This document shows, in pieces, positions 39,871-49,816 of a stretch of DNA of 64,000 nt (the stretch's first letter is position 1; every line of letters starts with the position of its first letter). The translations under genes and the position numbers were made by a program. Source of the stretch: Eledone cirrhosa (lineage: Eukaryota); contig OZ024742.1 of NCBI GenBank assembly GCA_964016885.1, forward strand, positions 376,154,001-376,218,000, in the 5' to 3' direction. The notes beneath the pieces were generated by a model. The model was not told the DNA's origin, ran no database searches, and saw nothing but the letters and a program-made list of their open reading frames with translations.

Positions 39871-41263
39871 AATATAAACAGTCTTATAATTAGATAGATT
39901 TGACATACCTTTCAACTTCAACTTCCATTTAAAAAGTTGATTTGGTAGTGAAAAATGTTAGGGACAGTTATAAAAAGAAAGAAAGAAAAAAGCGAAGAAA
40001 AAGAAGAAATGCATGCAACTAAATAGAGAGAGATAGATATAGAGAGATAGATAGAGAGAAGAAATTCATGTAAAGAAACAGAGAGAGATATATAGAGAGA
40101 GGAAAAAACACAGAGGGAGATAGATAGAGAGAGAGAGAGAGAAAAAATAGAGAGAGATAGATATAGATAGAGATAGAGAGAAAGAAAATAGGTAGTTGGG
40201 CACCAGTTGAATGACGTATCAATGATATATTTATTTATTTATTTATTTATTTAGTTCTAGTATTAAGGTAGAGAGAGATATATGTGGTTAGGAGAGAAAA
40301 CAGCCGTTACATAGAGAGAAAAGAAAATATCCAGACATAAACGAGGCAGATTTAAAACATTATGTTTCATCAATGTAAAAATATCAATTCGTATGAATTA
40401 GGTATTATAATGTAAATATCAGTATTCATGAATGAGACACGTATCAATAATGTGTGAAAAATAATGATCATATGTCTAGTTTAAAATTCTTAGGTTTACA
40501 TCAGAGTTGAGATAAAAACTGAGATAAAAAACTGAGATAAAAAATTTCAAAAAAAATTGAAATACATAAGTATATATGCACTTTCATGAAAAAAGAAAAA
40601 GAAAAAGAAAAAGAAAAAGAAAAAGAAAAAGAAAAAGAAAATAGAAGGTTATCCCAGATTCGATACTATAGACTTCCATGTGAATTTACGTGATCAACTC
40701 TGCAAATTCCTATTTCACATGAAAACATTCTCATTGTGCTATAAAAATTCTAGTATACATATATGTGTACATACACACAAATATATATAGAATCTACATT
40801 AATTTTAACAATACTATTCTTGTCTTTACTCTACATGATTATCGTTCAAGCATAAATAAAGAACAGATATCAATATATCAATAAAAATATCAAAAAATTA
40901 AAAAATATTAAAAATAAAACACAGTATGCCCCGCAAATCAACCACAGAGATCAACCCTTCAAAGTTAATTGACAATATATTGCCAAGTTCGTTATAAGCA
41001 TCAGAATCAAAAGCAAACAAAACCAAAATTATTTACCAAATCCTGTCTAGCAGAAATCATTCCAAAAGTTTAGGATACCCATTTGATCTACAGATGGTCT
41101 TATATTTAATATAGAAGTTTATCTAGTGTAAAATTTATTCGATATATTTGGAGCATCAGCTTTTAGGGTAGTTTAATTGTTCATGAAGAATGTTTAAAAT
41201 AAAAAAGAAATCGAAAGATTTATCGGCGAGTTTCATAAATAATTATAAATCAAAGTAAATATA

Positions 41264-43492
41264 CTACATTTTAAATTTATATTTATATTTAAAAGTTGAG
41301 TTCAATCTATGTCTGCAGCAACTGAATAAATTTGTCCGTAAATTAAGGGAATTTTTAGATTTTAGTATAAAGAATATCTCCTCCGCGCAGAGGTCACATG
41401 TCTCAGAGGATGAATTAAAAGGAATCCCTCTTGAGACTATATTCCAAGCCGTCGAATATCCAACGTTATCATGCTTAAGTTGCCAGAGTAAACCTGATAG
41501 TGATGTTGAAGATTTTTTGCTTGGATCTGTGAAAGAATTCTTGTGGTTATTATAGCGAAGTTTAAATTCTGTCGAGGTGGAACCAACATAGTTAAAAGAA
41601 TTTAAGTCCGTTTTAACATTACAGTTGTATATTATATTTTTAACTAAGCAATTGTTATTTAACGGACATTTAGATCTATCTCTACAGTTACATTTGTTTA
41701 CTTGGATATTATTTATGCTATTATCGGTATTTTGGCTAGGTTTTAAATTCCTATTATTTATTCTATTAATATTTTGTGCTAAATTTTTGGTGAATGAGTA
41801 AGTTAATTTTATAGTATGTCTATTGAAAATTGAGTGATACCTATGTGTTCTAGGGAAGCGATTATCAAGAGCATTAAAAAATAGTTTAGCGATGTGGGTT
41901 TTAATGTTTAGTGAGAAAGGGGGGGGGGGGGCAAACCATATTATATTCCTAGTTCTATTTCTTTTTTGGCTTTTGGAATTATTGTAATGCTTTCTATTAT
42001 AGTTGTTAAAGTTGTTGCCGTAATTAAAATTGTTGTTATTTTGGTTAGTTTGTCTATTATTATCTATGTACATAATTTTATCACTATATCCTGCTCTAGC
42101 TAACGCTTCATTGTAATACTGGGCTTTTTCGTCGAAAATCTTTTTATTAGATGAGATTCTAGAGATACGTTTTTGAACAGAGTTTACTATAGTATTTTTA
42201 ACAGATCTGGGGTGGTTAGAGTTAAAACTGACATAGTTTAAGTTTTCATTCAACTTGTGAAATGGATAGTGAAGACATGTGTTGAGATTTAATGTTACAT
42301 CTAGGAAATTGACTATTCTATGGTTATTCTCAACTTCTATTTTTAGATTAAAGTAATTAAAAAATTGTGTAATTTGTTTTCTTTTTCTATTTAGTTCAGA
42401 GTTATTATTTTCAATAAGTAAAAGCATGTCATCTCTATATAAACCTCCGGTAGCACCAGGTATTTTCCTATGCAGCGAATTGATTATAAATAGGCCCACA
42501 AGGTCAGTTACCTGAGCTGAGTCGGATGATCCCATAGTAATGTCGAAATTGTTATCTCTATCTGCTCTGGTCCATAGTTGGTCATTAAATTCTATCAATG
42601 TTTTCCTAGCCGATAATATAATGTGCATTTCATTGCTAGTTAGGTCTGTATGTTTGAATGCGTAATTTAGTGCCTTATTTAGTAGATTAGGGGTAATAGA
42701 TGAATAATAGTTAGCAATATCTAGTTGAATAAATTTATTATTATTGTTATATTTAATTTCTTTAAACCACTCAATAACCTCTCCAGTTCCCTTCCACAAG
42801 CTCAAGTTAGGTAAACAATTCAAGTTTTTAATTTGCCGTATCACCCTGTCTAGAATGTTTTTGCTTAGTTTACCCAGGTCAGATTTTGATGGTGCAATCA
42901 ATCTGACTGGCAGGTCATTTTCAAAATTTCTTTTGTGATCTTTCATATTGATCTTCGGTTTCCTGGGCACGAAAGGTTGTGTTCTGTTCTCAATTTCCAA
43001 CTCATGCATTATACAAGATGCTTCAACATTCATTTTCTCAAGCTCGATCTTATCTGCTACCTTGTACTTTTTCCTCAGTTCTTTCAGTATGAGGCCATTA
43101 TACATGTCTTTTTGCACTCCATAGAGGTTGTTGGTCTTGTCAGATTTCACCAAGATCTTCTCAGTTTTCTCTAAGCTCTCAATATTATCCTTAATGCCTT
43201 TCAGATATTCCTGGCCTTTGAAGTTTCTCTTGAATTTGACTCCTTGTATGATAGAAATTATATCGTTTTCAAAGTCAAATAAAAGTTTGTTAGGGGGTGG
43301 ATTTTTTTTAGATTTGAAAACTTTGTCTAAGTCCGAGACATTTTCATTTATATTAGATTTATCAAAGTGGAATGCCCGCCACCTGATTCTCCTTATAAAA
43401 GAGTCCGATTTATCTATTAATTGTTTAATAAAGTCTTTGTTTCTAGGTAGAGGTATGTCTTTTAAAGAGGAAGAAATCTTAAAGAATTCCAT
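41264..43492 (-). CDS. Penelope-like RT + C-terminal GIY-YIG endonuclease, 742 aa (probably Hydra clade)
   Basis: LDIANYYSSI, ITMGS, GLYRDD, FLDVTL, SNHP; CNC..CPL...C then IIY...YVG...R...H GIY-YIG; no stops; clade is inferred from remembered motifs. Confidence 0.92.
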   Translation of the reverse strand: MEFFKISSSLKDIPLPRNKDFIKQLIDKSDSFIRRIRWRAFHFDKSNINENVSDLDKVFKSKKNPPPNKLLFDFENDIISIIQGVKFKRNFKGQEYLKGIKDNIESLEKTEKILVKSDKTNNLYGVQKDMYNGLILKELRKKYKVADKIELEKMNVEASCIMHELEIENRTQPFVPRKPKINMKDHKRNFENDLPVRLIAPSKSDLGKLSKNILDRVIRQIKNLNCLPNLSLWKGTGEVIEWFKEIKYNNNNKFIQLDIANYYSSITPNLLNKALNYAFKHTDLTSNEMHIILSARKTLIEFNDQLWTRADRDNNFDITMGSSDSAQVTDLVGLFIINSLHRKIPGATGGLYRDDMLLLIENNNSELNRKRKQITQFFNYFNLKIEVENNHRIVNFLDVTLNLNTCLHYPFHKLNENLNYVSFNSNHPRSVKNTIVNSVQKRISRISSNKKIFDEKAQYYNEALARAGYSDKIMYIDNNRQTNQNNNNFNYGNNFNNYNRKHYNNSKSQKRNRTRNIIWFAPPPPFSLNIKTHIAKLFFNALDNRFPRTHRYHSIFNRHTIKLTYSFTKNLAQNINRINNRNLKPSQNTDNSINNIQVNKCNCRDRSKCPLNNNCLVKNIIYNCNVKTDLNSFNYVGSTSTEFKLRYNNHKNSFTDPSKKSSTSLSGLLWQLKHDNVGYSTAWNIVSRGIPFNSSSETCDLCAEEIFFILKSKNSLNLRTNLFSCCRHRLNSTFKYKYKFKM

Positions 43493-43670
43493 TTTTTCAG
43501 TTATAATATAAAGCGCTCAACAGTATTGGAGCAAGATATATGTAAAGTTTTATTTAAATTGTTGGGTTCCAACGAGTAAATATTTATAACTGATATAAAA
43601 GCACTCAACAAGTATTTGGAGTATATTTACGATATTAAATAAATGGAAACTATATTTATAAAACCATATT

Positions 43671-43737
43671 TATTTCATTATATATATTTCAGGGATATCA
43701 TATTAAAAATATGGTATGCCTTCTTCAGACAAAATAC
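43671..43737 (-). ncRNA. Hammerhead ribozyme in the 5' pLTR
   Basis: Identical to 39804-39870. Confidence 0.8.
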
Positions 43738-43995
43738 AATATAAACAGTCTTATAATTAGATAGATTTGACATACCTTTCAACTTCAACTTCCATTTAAA
43801 AAGTTGATTTGGTAGTGAAAAATGTTAGGGACAGTTATAAAAAGAAAGAAAGAAAAAAAGCGAAGAAAAAGAAGAAATGCATGCAACTAAATAGAGAGAG
43901 ATAGATATAGAGAGATAGATAGAGAGAAGAAATTCATGTAAAGAAACAGAGAGAGATATATAGAGAGAGGAAAAAACACAGAGGGAGATAGATAG

Positions 43996-44031
<36 letters not shown>

Positions 44032-44395
44032 AAAAATAGAGAGAGATAGATATAGATAGAGATAGAGAGAAAGAAAATAGGTAGTTAGGCACCAGTTGAA
44101 TGACGTATCAATGATATATTTATTTATTTATTTATTTATTTAGTTCTAGTATTAAGATAGAGAGAGATATATGTGGTTAGGAGAGAAAACAGCCGTTACA
44201 TAGAGAGAAAAGAAAATATCCAGACATAAACGAGGCAGATTTAAAACATTATGTTTCATCAATGTAAAAATATCAATTCGTATGAATTAGGTATTATAAT
44301 GTAAATATCAGTATTCATGAATGAGACACGTATCAATAATGTGTGAAAAATAATGATCATATGTCTAGTTTACATCAGAGTTGAGATATATATAT

Positions 44396-44705
44396 GGAGG
44401 CACATGGCTTAGTGGTTAGAGCACTGGTCTTGACCGGGTGATGTGTTGTTTCCTTGCACAAGACACTTTATTTCACATTGCTCCAGTTTACTCAGCTGTA
44501 GAAATGAGATAGGGACTGGGGTCCCTATCATTCCACTGTGTAGTGGTCGTGGAGGCGCCGCGGCAAAAAAACACCCACCACTCTCTGTAAATGAGGTTGG
44601 TGTTAGGAAGGGCATCCAGCTGTAGAAATCAAGCCAGTATCAGTTCCCGTCCCACCCTTGCCAGCAGGGAAAAAGCGGACGTAAAATTATATGATGAAAT
44701 GATGA
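44396..44705 (+). mobile_element. CORE-type SINE with RTE-derived 3' tail
   Basis: ggaggcacatggcttagtggttagagca head, CORE-like block, then ttaggaagggcatccagc...ggacgtaaaa(tga)n as in the RTE UTRs. Confidence 0.85.
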
Positions 44706-44740
44706 TAGATATATATAGTATATAACTATATATATATATA

Positions 44741-45145
44741 GTTCTCAACCATTTTGAATTCGTGTTTGGCGGGGGCCACTTCGGAAAATAATGTCCTAGC
44801 GAGTTTGTCCCCTGAAGAGCTCTAAAACTCGAGTATTAACCTTAATAAGGTATCTCGAAAGTGAGCGAAACCCTAGGGTCGGGATTTAGTGATTTAATCC
44901 TGGTATGTATATAAGCATTTCTAACATTAATTTTTACCTAATTATGTATGGTTGACCGTGTATTTAATTAATTTCCACGTGCTGTTGAAATGTTGGGTAA
45001 ATATTCTATAGCGGTTGCACGCGAAGATGCCGCAATGGCGTATTTATTTACTGTTTCTTCATAGATGCCTTTTATTCTTATAGCCTGGTCTAATTAATTT
45101 TTTGTGTGGTTAATTATGCTGATTGGGAGTAGAGATGATGTATAT
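44741..45145 (+). mobile_element. About 400-bp non-coding ribozyme-bearing element (solo pLTR or retrozyme-like)
   Basis: Bounded by TA tracts, no ORF, canonical hammerhead inside. Confidence 0.6.
44807..44885 (+). ncRNA. Canonical type I hammerhead ribozyme with GUC cleavage site
   Basis: gtccc-CTGAAGA-gctc...tcgag...ctcga...gagc-GAAA-ccctaggg-TC-gggat; all three stems pair and stem III is palindromic. Confidence 0.88.
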
Positions 45146-45204
45146 ATATTATCAAATATTCTCTGGACATGCTTTACTCTATAGTATATATATATATATA
45201 TATA

Positions 45205-46487
45205 TCAAAAGGACTTAAAATTAACCTGGCTAAGACTAAAGTTCTAGTTTGTAGGAAAGAAAATAAGGCGGCGGTCCCTTCTGGGAAATGGTCGTGCTCG
45301 GTGTGTAGGAAAGGCGTAGGTAGAAACTCCATTTTATGTCCTAAATGCAAAGTATGGGTGCATAAAAGATGTAGTGGGATCACAGGTAAGCTAACTAAGA
45401 ACATAGATTTTACATGTGGCCGGTGCTCTGGTGCAATAAGTAGCAGCAAGTGCCCACAAAATACTAGCTCTTTCAATTGCGCAGAGGGTTCTATAGAAAT
45501 AGTGGACAGTTTCCATTACCTGGGTGATAAAATCAGCAGTGGGGGAGGGTGCTCTGAAAGTACAGTAGCTAGAGTCAGAACTGGTTGGAAAAAGTTCAGA
45601 GAGCTTATACCACTATTAGCTGCTAAAGGGTTCTCCCTAAAAATGAAAGGCAGGTTGTACGATGCCTGCATACGAACAGCAATGTTGCATGGCAGTGAGA
45701 CCTGGGCATTGTGTGCAGAGGATATACGCAGGCTAGAGAGGAACGAAGCTTGCATGCTCCGCTGGATGTGTAACAGTAATATACGTGAACGGCAAAGCAT
45801 AAACGAACTAAGGAAAAAATTAGAAATAAGAGGGATCAGATGTTGTTTACTCGAGAGAAGGCTACGTTGGTATGGACACGTGATGCGCATGAAAGTCGAT
45901 AGCTGTATAACAAAGTGCAGGGCAATAAAGATAGACGGTAGCCATGGAATAGGCAGACCTAGAAAAACCTGGGACGAGCTGATAAACTCCGACCTCACAC
46001 ACTTACACCTCTCCAAGACAATGTCACTGGACCGAGACCTTTGGCGGTACTCAGTAACAGAGAAGACCCGCCTTACCTAAATACATAGTAAAACCTACTA
46101 CAGCCAGTAGGCATCTCTAACAAAATACCCCCCCCCCCCCCCCCGTCCCACCACCCCCACCCCATCCACACCACCCCGTTCTATGTAAAGTTATGTTGGT
46201 GCCACACCATCCAGGCCGAAACAAATGAGATCGTGTAGGTGTCACGACAAAAAAACACACAGTCCACGCTGTAATGTGGCCATGTAGGCAACACGGTAAA
46301 AACCTCCCAGACCCACACTGTAAATGTCGTTGGTGTTAGGAAGGGCATCCAACTGTAGAAAACCTGCCAGACAGTCCTATGCGAGCAAGACAATCACTCT
46401 TGCCTCAAGTGGGACTACCCCCGTCCAAACCCATGCAAGCGTGGAACACGGACGTTAAACGTTGATGATGATGATGATGATGATGAT
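45205..46487 (+). mobile_element. 5'-truncated young RTE LINE
   Basis: ORF to 46080 with PHD and C-terminus; nearly identical to the reverse complement of 49817-51075. Confidence 0.95.
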
Positions 46488-46639
46488 ATACATATAGTAA
46501 TAATAATAAATATGAAGACTAAAATCCAAAGAGGGCTCGATAAGGATAAATATATATCAAATATATAAGCACCCTAGAGGGTGAAAGCAGCGATTCTTTG
46601 CTTAAACTTTAATCTGTTATTTTAATAAATATATATATA

Positions 46640-46800
46640 TATTAGGAAAATAAGAAAAACAGTAGAAAATGGTAATTGGATTTTCTCATAGAATATCAGC
46701 AAAACATTTATTAAAACAAGCAATAAATAAATATTTTGCTGATATTCTATGAGAAAATCCCATTAGCATTTTCTACTGTTTTCCTTATTTTCCTAATATA
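46640..46800. repeat. Fold-back hairpin, arms about 70 bp, in TA tracts
   Basis: attaggaaaataagaaaaacagtagaaaatg...cattttctactgttttccttattttcctaat. Confidence 0.85.
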
Positions 46801-46857
46801 TATATCAGCTCGCGTGTCACTTCTCAACATTCTAAATATATATATATTTAGAATGTT

Positions 46858-47192
46858 GAGGCACATGGCTTAGTGGTTAGAGCATTGGCCTTGCAATCGA
46901 AAGGTTGTGAGTTCAATTCTCAGACCGGGTGATGTGTTGTTTCCTTGGCACTTTATTTCACATTGCTCCAGTTTACTTAGCTATAGAAATAAGATGATAG
47001 GGACTGGGGTCCATATCATTCCACTGCAAAGTGGTTGTGTAGGTGCCATGGCAAAAACGCACCCAGCACTCACTGTAAATGAGGTTGGTGTTAGGAAGGG
47101 CATCCAGCTGTAGAAATCAAGCCAGAATCAGTTCCCGTCCCACCCTTGCAATTAGGGAAAAGCGGATGTAAAATGAAATGATGATGATGATG
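46858..47192 (+). mobile_element. CORE-type SINE with RTE tail
   Basis: Homolog of 44396-44705 with B-box gagttcaattctc. Confidence 0.85.
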
Positions 47193-47409
47193 ATATACAT
47201 GTTAGCGTGGAAGATGGACGTTAAATGAAGATGATGATGATGATATATATATATATAAAATTATAAGTTTGAAGAATAGTCAGACAAAATTTATCCAATT
47301 TTTTCTTCTTATTCCGTAGAAATTAACTAGATAAATAATCATTTAAACGGAGCTAAGTTTGAAATGTAACTTTAAAGAAATAACAGATAAATGTTATCGA
47401 TATATACAT

Positions 47410-47928
47410 TTGCTTCCTCTGTTGACAAAGAAGGGTTTCTCCCTGCATACGAAAGGCTGGTTATATGATGCCTGTGTGAGATGCGCGACGTTGCATGGTA
47501 GTGAGACATGGGCAGCAACTGCAGAGGATATGCGACAGCTGGAGAGAAATGAAGCAAGCATGCTCCGTTGGATGTGCAATGTCTATGTGCGTGAACGACC
47601 AAGCATAGATGAATTGAGAGAGAAACTGTGTCTGAGAGGGATAAGTTGTGGTGTGCGGGAGAGAAGACTGCGATGGTATGAACATGTGATGCACATGGAG
47701 GATGACCGCTGGGTAAAGAAGTACCAAGAAATCCCAGTAGAAGGAAGACGCAGTAGAAGAAGACCACAAAAAACATGGGCGGAGGTGGTGAGAGCAGACC
47801 TCAGATTGCTGAAGCTCACGGAGGAGATGACGAAGGACAGTGACAAATGAAGAGATGCTGTGCTGAATAGGACCCGTCCCACCCTTGCAAGCAGGGAAAA
47901 GTGGACGTAAAATGATGATGATGATGAT
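47410..47928 (+). mobile_element. RTE LINE 3' fragment (short-UTR subfamily)
   Basis: LHGSETW...MLRWMC...WAEVVRADL with a (GAT)n tail. Confidence 0.9.
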
Positions 47929-48149
47929 GTACACAATGATCATTCCTTTGCTACCTCCATTATTTTACCTCATGACATGGTAGTATTTGAAGAAATTCAA
48001 ATCTTTTCCTTTCTATCTAACTTACCCTTTGCCTCTACATCCTGGCCAACATGCAGTGTTAGATTTAGGACAAATGAGGCCCTGTGCTAGTTAAGTTATG
48101 AATCTCCTTACATTTGAAAAATTCATCGTAAAATTTTTTTTTGGCAGAA

Positions 48150-48320
48150 AGGTGGGATTCCTCTTGGCAAACGGGATCCTGTGCTTCAGCTAAGCACAAT
48201 GGTAAATATGGCACTGCTGGCAGTATGGAGAATACATTGCCCCAGAGGATGGCAAGGGAGACATGCTCGAATAGCCACTCTACATTGCGGGACTTACATC
48301 TGTGGGTCGCCAACTCCATT
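48150..48320 (-). mobile_element. CRE-like LINE tail fragment
   Basis: RNVEWLFEHVSLAILWGNVFSIL. Confidence 0.6.
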
Positions 48321-48714
48321 CCGATTGACCCCAGCAGGATTTGAACTCAGAATATAAAGAGTCAGAAGAAATATCACCATAACATTTTATCTGATGCTCT
48401 ACTTATTTTGACAATCCAGCCTGTATCATGTACAAATATTAGAAAAAGGACATAAAATCAAATGATAAAAAAAGTGAGAGTTTGATTGTATGTTATGCAT
48501 CCATAATTAGCTGAAAATGTTTTTGAAGTTACAGTTGTTTTCACTTCTGTATATTACATTTCAATATGAAATTTAAACAAGTACAGACAAGTGCTAAACA
48601 ATTTCTTGCTGGAGCCTCTAATAAACCTCACAGTTTTATGGGACCACAGCCATATTTTCAAAATAATTAAAAGTTTCAGCTGAAAATATTGAAGGTTGAA
48701 TCCTTCAAATCACA

Positions 48715-48735
48715 GAGAGAGAGAGAGAGATAGAG

Positions 48736-48811
<76 letters not shown>
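48715..48811. repeat. (GA)n microsatellite
   Basis: Directly visible. Confidence 0.95.
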
Positions 48812-48815
<4 letters not shown>

Positions 48816-49231
48816 TAAAATATATTATAAAAGATTGCTTGACCTCTTTCTGTCATGCAGTTTTAAGATGTCTGTTGGTGACAACTTCTACTGTTGTGTA
48901 CTTAATACACACGAGAAGGATTTGAAATATAAAATAAAATGAAATTTTAAAAAAATCACAATAGACAAGAAAATAAATATGTTATTAATTTGAAAGGTTG
49001 GTTGGGAATTTTAGTTAATCTAGAGAGATAAAATGTTAAAAGTAAGCAAAGTACAAACAATATGGAGAGTTCAGTTGCAGATGTATGATTTAAACAGACT
49101 TTGGTTTTCTTTTCAACACTATTATATACTTGTCAAATATTATCTTATTTTGTGTTGTTTATTTAAAATTATTGTAATGTACTGCTACTAAGCTTTGTTG
49201 TAACTTGAATGTCTGAGAAAACACAGATACT

Positions 49232-49433
49232 TTCTTCTTCTTCTTCTTCTTCTTCTTCTTCTTCTTCTTCTTTTTCTTCTTTTTCTTCTTCTTCTTCTTC
49301 TTCTTCTTCTTCTTCTTCTTCTTCTTCTTCTTCTTTTTCTTCTTTTTCTTCTTTTTCTTCTTCTTCTTCTTCTTTTTCTTCTTCTTCTTCTTCTTCTTCT
49401 TCTTCTTCTTCTTCTTCTTCTTCTTCTTCTTCT
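49232..49433. repeat. (TCT)n microsatellite
   Basis: Directly visible; produces the poly-Ser and poly-Arg artefact ORFs. Confidence 0.95.
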
Positions 49434-49816
49434 ATAAACCAAACTGAGAAGAAAGAAGACAGAAGTGATACCTTCCATCATAAATCTGATATAATTCACA
49501 ATATTCTATTAAATGAAATATTTGAAATAGCATTTCTCTAATATTGAATGAAATTTTTATCATCTTTTCTAGCTGCTTGAATTTGAACAGACATATCATA
49601 TTTATTCCTTGGGGAGGAAACTAAAATCAGAAGCAAATGAGTTATTTGTGTCAGCTGAATCAAGCTGCAATGCTTGTCAAATTTTTAATTAAAAACTATA
49701 TGTGGGAGTAAGTTAGGAATTTAGTAAAATTTTAGCTGGAGCTTAGCAGTTAATAATTTGGAGTTCTTAAGTTTGTTGATCAAGGTACAGATAGACATAC
49801 ACTGCATATGTACAGG

